Shown here in pieces: positions 46,748 to 56,416 of a DNA stretch of 58,519 nucleotides. A model generated the notes under the pieces. It had not been told where the DNA came from and ran no database searches. It saw only the letters and a list, made by a program, of their open reading frames with translations. Both the position numbers and the translations under genes were made by a program. The stretch's first letter is position 1; the number at the start of each line of letters is the position of its first letter. The stretch comes from Pseudomonadota bacterium (GTDB taxonomy: Bacteria > Pseudomonadota > Alphaproteobacteria > SHVP01). The DNA lies in assembly GCA_022566715.1 (NCBI GenBank), contig JADFIH010000002.1, positions 1 through 58,519 on the forward strand, read 5' to 3'.

Positions 46748-47878
46748 TTATCCGCTCTTTGCGCCCCGCGCAAGCTCAGGGTGGAGCAATTTCGCGCCGG
46801 GCCACAGGTCGGGATGGCTGCGCGCGTAGGGCGGCGGATAATCGAGGTGCGCGCCCAGCGCCTGCGCGGCGTGCCAGGGCCAGCGTGGGTTGTCGAGCAG
46901 GGCCCGCGCCAAGGCCACCATGTCGGCTTGTCCGGTGGCGATGATGTCCTCGGCTTGGATGGCTTCGGTGATTTGCCCGACCACGCGCACCGCCATGTCC
47001 GTCTCGGATTTGATCTTGGCGGCGATGGGCACGTTATAGCCGGGCTCGGATGCCAAGAATGCGCCCGGCGCGATGCCGCCGCTGGAGATGCAGACGTAGT
47101 CGCAACCAAGTTCGTGAAGCTTCCTCGTAAATGCCACCGCATCGTCGTCCGTAAGACCGCCCTCGACGCCATCGCTGCCGGTGATGCGTAGTCCCAAGGG
47201 CCGCTGGTCCGGCCACACTTGGCGTACGGAGGCAACAACTTCTAGGGGAAAACGCATGCGGTTCTCCAGGCTGCCGCCGTACTCGTCACGCCGATGGTTC
47301 GATACCGGTGACAGGAACTCATGAAGAAGATAACCGTGCGCCGCGTGGACCTCGATCAGATCGAAACCGATCCGCGCCGCGCGCTCCGCCGTTGCAACGA
47401 AGGCGTCGCGAAGTGCGTCCATTTTCACGGCGCCGAGTGCGCGAGGCTCGGGCCAGCCATCGCCGAAGGGCAGGGCCGAGGGCGCCACTGTTTTCCAAGC
47501 GCTGTCCTGCTCGGACAAGGGCTGCCCACCCTCCCACGGCACGTGCACCGATGCCTTGCGGCCGGCGTGGGCGATCTGGATGCCGAGTGGCGTGCCGCCG
47601 TGTTCCCGCACCGTCGCGATGACCTTCGCCAAGGCCGCCTCGTTTTCATCGGAGTAAAGGCCCAGGCAAGCGGGCGTGATGCGCCCCTCGGGTTCGACGC
47701 CGGTCGCCTCGATCATGAGCAGGCCGGCCCCCGACAGCGCCATGTGTCCGAGGTGGATCAAGTGCCACTCGTTCGCGTTTCCGTCCACGGCGCTGTACTG
47801 GCACATGGGTGCGATAACGATGCGGTTCGGCAAGGTCAGGCCGCGCAGGTCGATGGGACTGAACAGTTGGCTCGGCAT
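46748..47878 (-). CDS. NADH:flavin oxidoreductase (Old Yellow Enzyme family)
   Basis: NRIVIAPMCQYSA, LGIQIAHAGRKAS and FDLIEVHAAHGYLLHEFLSP are classic OYE motifs. Confidence 0.9.
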   Translation of the reverse strand: MPSQLFSPIDLRGLTLPNRIVIAPMCQYSAVDGNANEWHLIHLGHMALSGAGLLMIEATGVEPEGRITPACLGLYSDENEAALAKVIATVREHGGTPLGIQIAHAGRKASVHVPWEGGQPLSEQDSAWKTVAPSALPFGDGWPEPRALGAVKMDALRDAFVATAERAARIGFDLIEVHAAHGYLLHEFLSPVSNHRRDEYGGSLENRMRFPLEVVASVRQVWPDQRPLGLRITGSDGVEGGLTDDDAVAFTRKLHELGCDYVCISSGGIAPGAFLASEPGYNVPIAAKIKSETDMAVRVVGQITEAIQAEDIIATGQADMVALARALLDNPRWPWHAAQALGAHLDYPPPYARSHPDLWPGAKLLHPELARGAKSG

Positions 47879-48043
47879 GTGGTGGGGCTCTTTCCAAGTG
47901 GCGGACCAAGGTCGGCCGGCGCTTTGAATCCACTCCTACAGGGCCGGAACGGGCGGGTCCAGTGCCCGCCCGCGCTCCTTTTCCCTGGCCCATGGGCCCG
48001 CTCCGTGCTGAAATCACCGATTGGACCAGTGGGAGTGGTGTCG

Positions 48044-49390
48044 ATGGGTGCAGGACCGGATATCGCGGCCGGGCGGCGGGAGGCGGCCGAATACGCCGAG
48101 GCCTTTGGCGAGCTCAAGCCGCCGCTGGGCCGCAGTTCGGCCCTGGTCGAGGCGAGCCGCTGCTACTTCTGTTACGACGCGCCCTGCATTGAGGCCTGTC
48201 CCACGGGCATCGATATCCCGAGCTTCATCCGCAAGATCGAAACGGGGAATGTCAAAGGCGCGGCGCTCGACATTCTCGAGCCCAACATCTTCGGCGGGGC
48301 GTGCGCGCGCGTCTGTCCGGTCGAGACCCTGTGCGAGCAGGCCTGCGTGCGCGAAGCCCAGGAGGGCAAGCCGGTCGCCATCGGGTTGCTGCAGCGCTAC
48401 GCCACGGACCGCTTTCTTGAAACCGGCGCGCAGCCGTTTGCGCGCGCGGCGTCCAGCGGCAAACGTGTTGCGGTGATCGGCGCCGGACCGGCGGGTCTGT
48501 CGGCGGCGCACCGGCTCTCGCGCCTGGGCCACGACGTCACGGTCTTCGAAGCAAGGGACAAGCCCGGCGGGCTCAACGAGTACGGCATCGCCGCCTACAA
48601 GGTGCCCAATGACTTCGCCCAGCGCGAGGCCGCGTTCATCCTCGGACTGGGCGGTATCGAGATCGAATACGGCAAGGCGCTTGGGAAGGAGATTTCGCTG
48701 ACCCGGTTGCGCCAGGACTTCGGCGCGGTGTTCATCGGCGTGGGCCAGGCCGCCGTGCGGGCCCTTGATGCCGAGGGGCATGGCCTTACGGGCATCGAAC
48801 CGGCGGTCGATTTCATCGAACGGCTGCGCCAGGCCGGCGATGTCTCGGCCTTGCCGGTGGGCCGCCGCATCATCGTTATCGGCGGCGGTAACACCGCCGT
48901 CGATATCGCCGTTCAGACCAAGCGGCTGGGCGCCGAGGACGTGACCATCGTCTACCGGCGCGGACCCGACGCGATGAGCGCCACCGGGCACGAACAGGAC
49001 CTGGCCCAAACCGACGGCGTGCGCATCCGGCATTGGGCTCAACCGAAACGTTTCGCGGGTGAGGCGGGCCGCGTGAGCGCGGTCGAGTTCGAGCGCACCG
49101 AACCCGGCGCCGGCGGACGCGCCCAAGGGACGGGCGAGACCTACACGCTTGACGCCGACATGGTGTTCACCGCCATCGGACAAGTTCTTCTGGCCGATCC
49201 CCTGGCGGACGGCGCCGCCGAAAGCCTGACCGTCGAGGGCGGATGCATCGCCGTCGATGGCGATATGGCCACGTCGCTGCCCGGCGTCTACGCGGGCGGC
49301 GATTGCGTGGCCGGGCAGGACCTGACGGTGCAGGCGGTGGAGGACGGCAAGCGCGCCGCCCTCGCCATGGATAAGTATTTGCGGTCCTAA
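48044..49390 (+). CDS. preT: NAD-dependent dihydropyrimidine dehydrogenase subunit PreT (glutamate-synthase small-subunit-like)
   Basis: N-terminal Fe-S Cys clusters (CYFCYDAPCIEACP, CARVCPVETLCEQAC). Two dinucleotide folds VAVIGAGPAGLSAA and IIVIGGGNTAVD. The start is set at ATG 48044. Confidence 0.85.
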   Translation: MGAGPDIAAGRREAAEYAEAFGELKPPLGRSSALVEASRCYFCYDAPCIEACPTGIDIPSFIRKIETGNVKGAALDILEPNIFGGACARVCPVETLCEQACVREAQEGKPVAIGLLQRYATDRFLETGAQPFARAASSGKRVAVIGAGPAGLSAAHRLSRLGHDVTVFEARDKPGGLNEYGIAAYKVPNDFAQREAAFILGLGGIEIEYGKALGKEISLTRLRQDFGAVFIGVGQAAVRALDAEGHGLTGIEPAVDFIERLRQAGDVSALPVGRRIIVIGGGNTAVDIAVQTKRLGAEDVTIVYRRGPDAMSATGHEQDLAQTDGVRIRHWAQPKRFAGEAGRVSAVEFERTEPGAGGRAQGTGETYTLDADMVFTAIGQVLLADPLADGAAESLTVEGGCIAVDGDMATSLPGVYAGGDCVAGQDLTVQAVEDGKRAALAMDKYLRS

Positions 49391-49443
49391 CCGACCGCGC
49401 CCGAACCCGCGGCCGCCGTCGGCCGCCCGAGAGGAGACCCGTC

Positions 49444-50712
49444 ATGGCCGATCTGAGAACCGAATTCGCCGGGATCAAATCGCCGAACCCCTTCTGGCTG
49501 GCGTCGGGCCCGCCCACGGACAAGGAATACAACGTGGTCCGCGCCTTCAAGGCGGGCTGGGGCGGCGTGGTCTGGAAGACCGTCGGCGAAACCATCTTCA
49601 ATACAACCTCGCGCTATCACGCCAACGCCCACAACGGCTCCCGCATTGCGGGCTTCACCAACATCGAGCTGATCTCGGACCGGCCGCTCGAGGTCAACCT
49701 GCGCGAGCTCAAGGCGGTGAAGCGCGATTGGCCCGGCCGGGCGGTCGTCCTCTCCCTCATGGTGCCGTGCGAGGAGCCGTACTGGGAGGACATCCTGAAG
49801 AAGGTGGAAAACTCGGAAGCCGACGGCATCGAGATCAACCTCGGCTGTCCGCACGGCATGTCGGAGCGCGGCATGGGCGCCGCCGTGGGCCAGGTGCCGG
49901 AATACGTGGAGATGGTGACGCGCTGGGCCAAGGCGCACACGCGCATGCCGGTGATCGTGAAGCTCACGCCCAACATCACCGACATTCTCGCGCCCGCCCG
50001 GGCGGCGATCGAGGGCCGGGCCGATGCGGTTTCGCTCATCAACACGGTGGCCTCGATCATCGGCGTCGACCTCGACACCATGTCGCCCTTGCCCGAGGTG
50101 AACGGCAAGGGCAGCCACGGCGGCTACTGCGGACCGGCGGTCAAGCCCGTGGCCCTGCGCATGGTGGGCGACATCGCCCGCGAGTTCGGGCCGGAGCAGG
50201 CCATCTCGGGCATCGGCGGCATCTCCACCTGGCGCGACGCGGCGGAGCACATGGCCATGGGCGCCGGCACCGTACAGGTCTGTACCGCCGCCATGCATCA
50301 GGGCTTCAAGATTGTCGAGGACATGATCGACGGCCTGTCGAACTGGATGGACGAGAAAGGCTACCGGACCATCGGCGACTTCCGCGGCCGCGCCGTGCCC
50401 AACTATGTGAGTTGGGAGAAACTCGATCTCAACTACGAGATCGTCGCGCGCATCGACCAGGACGCGTGCATCCAATGCGGCTTGTGCCATGTCGCCTGCG
50501 AGGATACGGCGCACCAGGCGATCTCGGCGCGGCGCACCAACGGCTCGCGGCGCTACGAGGTGATCGACGCCGAGTGCGTCGGCTGCAACCTGTGCATGCT
50601 GGTTTGCCCGGTGGAGAACTGCGTCACCATGGAGCGGGTGGAGAACGGCAAGGGCTACATGCCTTGGACGGACGATCCCCGCAACCCCATGAACAAAGAG
50701 GCCGCGGAGTAA
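49444..50712 (+). CDS. preA: NAD-dependent dihydropyrimidine dehydrogenase subunit PreA (DHOD-like domain plus two 4Fe-4S motifs)
   Basis: INLGCPHGM active-site context. C-terminal CIQCGLCHVACED and CVGCNLCMLVCPVENC. Confidence 0.9.
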   Translation: MADLRTEFAGIKSPNPFWLASGPPTDKEYNVVRAFKAGWGGVVWKTVGETIFNTTSRYHANAHNGSRIAGFTNIELISDRPLEVNLRELKAVKRDWPGRAVVLSLMVPCEEPYWEDILKKVENSEADGIEINLGCPHGMSERGMGAAVGQVPEYVEMVTRWAKAHTRMPVIVKLTPNITDILAPARAAIEGRADAVSLINTVASIIGVDLDTMSPLPEVNGKGSHGGYCGPAVKPVALRMVGDIAREFGPEQAISGIGGISTWRDAAEHMAMGAGTVQVCTAAMHQGFKIVEDMIDGLSNWMDEKGYRTIGDFRGRAVPNYVSWEKLDLNYEIVARIDQDACIQCGLCHVACEDTAHQAISARRTNGSRRYEVIDAECVGCNLCMLVCPVENCVTMERVENGKGYMPWTDDPRNPMNKEAAE

Positions 50713-50734
50713 GAGCGGCCCGAGGGAAATCGAC

Positions 50735-51151
50735 GTGTTCGTTGCCGGTCTGATTCTCAAGGGCGATGAGGTTCTGATGCTGCGGCGGTCGCACGCCAAG
50801 AGCTTCGGCGCCGGTAAATGGGAGCCCGTGAGCGGCGGCGTCCTACCCCACGAGTCCCCCCTCGAGGCCTTGCTTCGCGAAGTGTTTGAAGAGACCGGCC
50901 TGAGCGTCGAGGTGTTGGGCGAGGAGCCGTTCGCGGTCTGGATGATGCCCGCGCCCGGCGGTGGCGAGGTGGAGGGCCAGGTCTTCGTTTGCCGTCACAC
51001 CGGCGGCGAGGTCGCCAAGTCGAACGAACACGACGCCGTCCGCTGGGTCCGGATCGCCGCCGCCGCCGATATTCGGGGCCTCATGCCCGGCTTGGACACG
51101 GTCCTGCACGACCTCGCGGCTCGCTTCACCGAGGCCGCCGCCGCCGGTTAG
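50735..51151 (+). CDS. NUDIX hydrolase
   Basis: Nudix box GGVLPHESPLEALLREVFEETGL (Gx5Ex7REVxEExGL). GTG 50735 lies 7 nt after GAGGGA. Confidence 0.8.
   Translation: MFVAGLILKGDEVLMLRRSHAKSFGAGKWEPVSGGVLPHESPLEALLREVFEETGLSVEVLGEEPFAVWMMPAPGGGEVEGQVFVCRHTGGEVAKSNEHDAVRWVRIAAAADIRGLMPGLDTVLHDLAARFTEAAAAG
51055..51151 (+). repeat. 97-bp direct repeat, copy A (3' end of the NUDIX CDS including the stop)
   Basis: Identical to 52484-52580 except gacctc vs gagttc (95/97, counted by hand). Confidence 0.9.
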
Positions 51152-51271
51152 GCGTCTGAGGTCGAACGGAGTTCAGTGCAGCGCGTCGCCGGAGCGTTAC
51201 ACGAATTTGAAAAGCCTATGGCCGGTCAGGCGATACGACCAGCGTTCGTCGAACGAACTCCTAGAATTACA

Positions 51272-51865
51272 CTATGCATCAAGAAGGCTAAGTCCTCTTA
51301 ATGTTGTCTCCGCCGCGAGCCAGAGTTCGTCCTCATCGCGCACGACCTTGCACATTAAATTAAGGCCGATAAGCAGATTTTGAAGCGCCAAGGCTAAGGC
51401 GTGCGTATCGGCGTCCTCGTCGATCTCACCTTGCTCGACACCCCACTGCAACAACTTCTCCAGGCAACTCAGACTGCCCAGAATCGCGTCCGCCAATAGA
51501 TTGCCAAGTTCCTCGTGTACGTTGCAAAGCTCCGCGGCGCTGTTGATCGCCATGCAACCCCGGCCTGCGGGGTCCGAGGCGCGGACACGGCAAACCTCTC
51601 GAAAGGTCCGCGTCATCAAAGCTTTGACCCGGACGCCCTCCCGCGCGTCGGCGAAGGCTTTGTCGGGCGATTGGTTGAAATACTTGACCAGCGCTTCCTT
51701 GAACAACGCCTCTCGGGAGCCAAAAGCGTTGTAGAAGCTCGAGCGCGCGATGCCCAATTTTTCCGACAAGGCTTTGACCGAGCAAGCCTCATACCCGTTC
51801 TTCCAGATTTCGTTCATCACCGTCTCGATCGCCTCAGTCCGATCGAATTCCCGCGGTCTGCTCAT
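51272..51865 (-). CDS. TetR/AcrR family transcriptional regulator
   Basis: N-terminal HTH CSVKALSEKLGIARSSFYNAFGSREALF. 197 aa. By eye its GC content is lower than that of the flanks. Confidence 0.85.
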   Translation of the reverse strand: MSRPREFDRTEAIETVMNEIWKNGYEACSVKALSEKLGIARSSFYNAFGSREALFKEALVKYFNQSPDKAFADAREGVRVKALMTRTFREVCRVRASDPAGRGCMAINSAAELCNVHEELGNLLADAILGSLSCLEKLLQWGVEQGEIDEDADTHALALALQNLLIGLNLMCKVVRDEDELWLAAETTLRGLSLLDA

Positions 51866-51899
51866 CGGCCCCTCACGGTTTTATTTTATACACCACTGG

Positions 51900-51924
51900 A
51901 CATAACATCTAATATATGTTTTGT
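51900..51924. promoter_or_regulatory. candidate TetR operator (imperfect palindrome) in the divergent tetR/DUF1330 promoter region
   Basis: acataacat-ctaatat-atgttttgt matches at 8/9 arm positions. A further acataaca half-site lies at 51935-51942. The interval is AT-rich. Confidence 0.35.
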
Positions 51925-52081
51925 ACATGCGTGAACATAACACAGGCCCATCAGGTTGCGGGCGCGAGGGCCGAACGGTTTGATGAGTCGAGCTAATAGG
52001 GAAACCATCGAGAATTAAGGCCAGGTATTTTTAGCGCCGTGCGTACCGCAAATTCAACATTCAATGGATAGGAGATAGTTT

Positions 52082-52372
52082 ATGACAGCGTTTTTTGTTG
52101 CGACCGCGAAAGTCAAAGACCCAACCAAATATGGCGACTACGCCAAGAAGGCAGGGGCTTCCATGAAGGAGTTCGGTGGTGAGATCATCGTGCGCGGTCA
52201 AGTGCGAGAGGTCCTGGCTGGCGGCGCAGACCATAACGGCGTCGGTATCGTCCGATTCCCAAACGTCAAATCGCTTACCGATTGGTACGCGTCGCCCGCC
52301 TATCAGGCGATTATTCCGCTTAGGGATGAGGCTGCCGACATGACCATCGTCGCCTACGAGGCGCCCGCTTAG
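52082..52372 (+). CDS. DUF1330 domain protein
   Basis: 96 aa. MTAFFVATAKVKDPTKYGDYAKKAGASMKEFGGEIIVRG...IVRFPNVKSLTDWYASPAYQAIIPLRDEAA fits the DUF1330 pattern. SD AGGAGA lies upstream. Confidence 0.7.
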   Translation: MTAFFVATAKVKDPTKYGDYAKKAGASMKEFGGEIIVRGQVREVLAGGADHNGVGIVRFPNVKSLTDWYASPAYQAIIPLRDEAADMTIVAYEAPA

Positions 52373-52483
52373 GTGTTTCATTTCCAAAGCACCTCGTAAA
52401 CCCATGGTTGTGCTGCTCCACCCGATTGACCGCTCGCCAATATCTTGGGGTTAGACGTTTCAAATCGTAGCCTTTACGATGCG

Positions 52484-52580
52484 CGCCGCCGCCGCCGATA
52501 TTCGGGGCCTCATGCCCGGCTTGGACACGGTCCTGCACGAGTTCGCGGCTCGCTTCACCGAGGCCGCCGCCGCCGGTTAG
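52484..52580 (+). pseudogene. 97-bp direct repeat, copy B: orphan duplicate of the last ~32 codons plus stop of the NUDIX gene
   Basis: In the NUDIX frame it reads AAAADIRGLMPGLDTVLHEFAARFTEAAAAG*. It has no upstream gene body. Confidence 0.8.
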
Positions 52581-52734
52581 CATCCGATACACCGGCCGCC
52601 CTACATTTCCAGGGGCCACTCCCCTGTTGCCCTCGGGTCGGCGGCCCTGTAGGTAACAGGGAAAGAAATCAAACTTAGGCGGGCCGGTCCGGTAGGCGAC
52701 CGGGCCCCGAGGGGTGGAGGGGTACCCTGGTATT

Positions 52735-53604
52735 ATGGAGCAAATGCGGTACGAAGCGCCCGATACGGTGGACGCGGCGGTGGCCCTGCTTGTGGGGGCG
52801 GGCGGCGAGACGCGAATTTTGGCGGGAGGCACCGACCTGCTCGTCCAGTTGCGCGCCGAGTGGATCGAGCCAGATTTAATTTTGGATGTTAAAAAAATCC
52901 CGGAACTGACGGAAATTTCAAAGGAAAATGGCGGTTTCCGGATTGGGGCCGCGGTCACGGGCGCCGAACTTGGCGAGCATCTGGGCGTCAAGAAGGCGTG
53001 GCCGGGGGTGGTCGAGGCCGTCGAGCTCATCGGCTCGGTGCAGATCCAGAGCCGCGCCACCATGGGCGGAAATCTTTGCAACGCCTCGCCCGCGGCGGAC
53101 AGCGTGCCCGCGTTGATCGCGGCCGGCGCGACGGCGGCCATCGCGGGCCCCAACGGGCGCCGCGAAATTCCCGTCGAGGACGTGGGCACCGGGCCCGGCC
53201 GGACCTGCCTCGCCAAGGGGGAGATCGTCACCTCGATTTTCTTACCCTCGCGGCCCGCCCACTCGGGCGACGCCTATCTGCGCTTCATCCCGCGCACCGA
53301 GATGGACATCGCCGTGGTCGGGGCCGGCGTTAGCCTGACTCTCGACGGCGGCGGAAAATGCAGCGCCGCGCGGGTCGCGCTGGGCGCCGTCGCGGAACGC
53401 GCCCTTTTGGTCGACGCGGCGGCTCGGGCGCTGATCGGCACGCCGGTCGATGACGCCGCGCTCGACAACCTGGCCAAGGCGGCGAGCGCCGCGGCCCGGC
53501 CCATCGACGATAAGCGCGGCACCAAGGAATACCGGATCAAGGTTTCGGGCGTGCTGGCCCGGCGCGCGGCGCAAGCGGCGCTCGAACGCGCGAGGCAAAG
53601 CTAA
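52735..53604 (+). CDS. molybdenum hydroxylase (xanthine dehydrogenase/CoxM-like) FAD-binding medium subunit
   Basis: ILAGGTDLLVQLR and ATMGGNLCNASPAADS motifs. The start (ATG 52735 or 52744, or GTG 52714) is uncertain. Confidence 0.85.
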   Translation: MEQMRYEAPDTVDAAVALLVGAGGETRILAGGTDLLVQLRAEWIEPDLILDVKKIPELTEISKENGGFRIGAAVTGAELGEHLGVKKAWPGVVEAVELIGSVQIQSRATMGGNLCNASPAADSVPALIAAGATAAIAGPNGRREIPVEDVGTGPGRTCLAKGEIVTSIFLPSRPAHSGDAYLRFIPRTEMDIAVVGAGVSLTLDGGGKCSAARVALGAVAERALLVDAAARALIGTPVDDAALDNLAKAASAAARPIDDKRGTKEYRIKVSGVLARRAAQAALERARQS

Positions 53605-54080
53605 TGGCGAAAATACACGTGACGGCGACCGTCAACGGCGATGAGGTCGAATTCCTGTGCGAGCTCGAGGAAACCCTGCTCGACGTATTGCGCGACGAAT
53701 TGCATCTGACCGGCAGCAAGGAAGGTTGCGCCTCGGGCGACTGCGGCGCTTGCAGCGTGATGCTCGATGGGCGCCTCGTCTGTGCCTGTCTGGTGCTGGG
53801 CGTGGAGATGGAGGGCCGCTCCGTCGAGACCATCGAGGCCATGGCGGCGGGCGATGAGCTTCATCCCCTGCAACAAAAGTTCCTCGAGCATGCGGCCCTG
53901 CAATGCGGCATCTGTACGCCGGGGATTCTGGTCGCGGCCAAGGCGCTTCTCGAAAAGAAACCGGACCCGACCGAAACCGAAGTGCGGTTTTGGCTGGCCG
54001 GCAACCTGTGCCGCTGCACCGGTTACGACAAGATCATACGGGCCGTGCTCGACGCGGCCGCGGAAATGAGGGTGAGCTGA
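53604..54080 (+). CDS. molybdenum hydroxylase (2Fe-2S)-binding small subunit
   Basis: CASGDCGACSV, QCGICTPG and CRCTGY motifs. The start overlaps the upstream stop. Confidence 0.9.
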   Translation: MAKIHVTATVNGDEVEFLCELEETLLDVLRDELHLTGSKEGCASGDCGACSVMLDGRLVCACLVLGVEMEGRSVETIEAMAAGDELHPLQQKFLEHAALQCGICTPGILVAAKALLEKKPDPTETEVRFWLAGNLCRCTGYDKIIRAVLDAAAEMRVS

Positions 54081-54081
54081 C

Positions 54082-56373
54082 ATGTCGACCGCGGAGAAGT
54101 TGGAGAACGGCAAGTTTAAGTGGGTGGGCACGCGGCCGGTGCGGCCCGATGGCGTGGATAAGGTAACGGGGCGCGCGCGGTTTGGCGCCGACCTGTTCCT
54201 GCCCGGCATGTTGGTCGGCCGGGTGCTGCGCAGCCCGCACGCGCACGCGCGGATCAAGTCCATCGACACCTCGAAGGCCGAAGCCCTGCCTGGCGTCAAG
54301 GCCGTGGTGACGCGCGATGATTTCAAGGAAATGCCGTCCGAGTCCGTGGCGGCGGGCGAGATGATGATCGACTACCGCGACATGACGCGCAACATCATGG
54401 CGCGCGAAAAGGTGCTCTATGACGGCCATGCGGTGGCCGCGGTTGCGGCGGCCAGTGCGTCGGTCGCGCGCAAGGCGCTCAAGCTCATCAAGGTCGAGTA
54501 CGAGGTGCTGCCGCACGTCATCGGCGTGATCGAGGCCATGGAGCCCGGCGCGCCCGTCCTGCATGAGGCCATGTTTACCGAGGGCGTCGAGCCCACGCCC
54601 GATACGCCCTCCAACATCGCCGCGCGCAACGAGTTGGGCCGGGGCGACGTGGAAGCAGGATTCAAAAAGGCCGACATCATTCTCGAGCGCACCTTCGACA
54701 CGGCGCCCGTGCATCAGGGCTACATCGAGAACCACGCCTGTGTCGCCAGCGTTTCCGAGGACGGCAAGGCCGAATTGTGGTGCTCGACGCAGGGCCACTA
54801 CATGGTACGCGCCTTTTGCGCCAAGCTGTTGGGCATGGATATCTCCGACCTGCGCGTGACCGCGTCCGAGATCGGCGGGGGATTTGGCGGCAAGACCATC
54901 GTTTACCTGGAACCCGTGGCGCTCGTGTTGTCGCAAAAGGCGCATCACCCGGTGAAGATGGTGATGACGCGCGAGGAGGTCTTCCGGGCCACCGGGCCGA
55001 CCTCGGGCGCCAATGTCTGGGTCAAGCTGGGCGCCACCAAGGACGGCAAGATCACCGCCGCCGAGGCGGTCCTGAAGTATCAGGCGGGCGCTTTTCCGGG
55101 CTCGCCGGTCGGGCCGGGCTGCATGTGCGCGTTCGCGCCCTACGATATCGAGAACGTCAAGGTCGTGGGCTACGACGTGGTCAGTAACCGGCCCAAGGTC
55201 GCGGCCTACCGCGCGCCCGGCGCGCCCATCTCCGAGTACGCGGTCGAGTGCGTCGTCGATGAGCTGGCCGAAAAACTGGGCCTGGACCCGATCGAATTGC
55301 GGCTGAAGAACGCCGCCAAGGAAGGGACGCAGGCCGCCTACGGGCCCAAGTTCGGACCTATCGGTTTCGTCGAAACCTTGGAAGCGGCGAAAAGCCATCC
55401 CCATTACAACGCGCCTCTCGGGCCCAACCAGGGCCGGGGCGTCGCGTCCGGGTTCTGGTTCAATATCGGCGGCGAATCCTGCGCCACCATCAACATCAAC
55501 GAAGACGGCACGGCGCAACTCATGGTCGGGACGCCCGACATCGGCGGCTCGCGCGCCTCGATGGCGATGATGGCGGCCGAGGAACTCGGCATCGACTTGG
55601 ACAAGGTCAACCCCGTGATCGGGGACACGGGTTCGCTCGGCTTCAGTTTCCTCACGGGCGGCAGCCGCGTCACGTTCGCGACCGGCAAGGCAGTGATCGT
55701 AGCCGCCGGTAATGTCATCACCGATCTGCGCGAACGCGCCGCCAAGATCTGGGATATTCCGGTCGACGCGGTGGAGTGGGAGGACGGCTTTGCCCGGCCC
55801 ACCAGCAGCAACGCGGGCGAATTCGATCCCCTGTCGCTGGCCGACATCGCCGCGATGGCGGCCAAGACCGGCGGGCCCATTGCCGGTCACGCCCAGATCA
55901 ATGCCCAGGGCGCGGCGCCAGGGTTCGGCACCCACATCGTCGATGTGGAGGTCGACAAGGAAACGGGCCGCGTTACGGTGCTGCGTTACACCGTCATCCA
56001 AGATGCGGGCAAGGCCATTCACCCGAGCTATGTCGAGGGCCAGTATCAGGGCGGCGCGGCGCAGGGCATCGGCTGGGCGCTGAACGAGGAGTACGTCTAC
56101 GGCGAGGACGGCCGGATGCAGAACACCGGTTTTCTCGATTACCGCATGCCGGTGGCCTCGGACCTTCCGATGATCGACACGCAGATCATCGAGGTGCCGA
56201 ACCCGAACCACCCTTACGGCGTGCGCGGCGTCGGCGAAACCCCGCTGGTGCCGGCCATGGGGGCGGTGGCCTGCGCCGTCGAACACGCGCTGGGAACCCG
56301 TCTCAACGAACTGCCCATGTCGCCGCCGCGGGTGCTCAAGGCGATTGGGGCGATCGGGGAGGCCCAGGCCTAG
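54082..56373 (+). CDS. molybdopterin-binding large subunit of a xanthine dehydrogenase/aldehyde oxidase family enzyme
   Basis: 763 aa. AYRAPGAP is not the AYXCSFR motif of form I CO dehydrogenase. The conserved catalytic Glu context GVRGVGETPLVP is present. Confidence 0.9.
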   Translation: MSTAEKLENGKFKWVGTRPVRPDGVDKVTGRARFGADLFLPGMLVGRVLRSPHAHARIKSIDTSKAEALPGVKAVVTRDDFKEMPSESVAAGEMMIDYRDMTRNIMAREKVLYDGHAVAAVAAASASVARKALKLIKVEYEVLPHVIGVIEAMEPGAPVLHEAMFTEGVEPTPDTPSNIAARNELGRGDVEAGFKKADIILERTFDTAPVHQGYIENHACVASVSEDGKAELWCSTQGHYMVRAFCAKLLGMDISDLRVTASEIGGGFGGKTIVYLEPVALVLSQKAHHPVKMVMTREEVFRATGPTSGANVWVKLGATKDGKITAAEAVLKYQAGAFPGSPVGPGCMCAFAPYDIENVKVVGYDVVSNRPKVAAYRAPGAPISEYAVECVVDELAEKLGLDPIELRLKNAAKEGTQAAYGPKFGPIGFVETLEAAKSHPHYNAPLGPNQGRGVASGFWFNIGGESCATININEDGTAQLMVGTPDIGGSRASMAMMAAEELGIDLDKVNPVIGDTGSLGFSFLTGGSRVTFATGKAVIVAAGNVITDLRERAAKIWDIPVDAVEWEDGFARPTSSNAGEFDPLSLADIAAMAAKTGGPIAGHAQINAQGAAPGFGTHIVDVEVDKETGRVTVLRYTVIQDAGKAIHPSYVEGQYQGGAAQGIGWALNEEYVYGEDGRMQNTGFLDYRMPVASDLPMIDTQIIEVPNPNHPYGVRGVGETPLVPAMGAVACAVEHALGTRLNELPMSPPRVLKAIGAIGEAQA

Positions 56374-56416
56374 GCCCGGCCGAACCCGGGGCCAAGACCG
56401 GCAGCCGAAAAGACTC

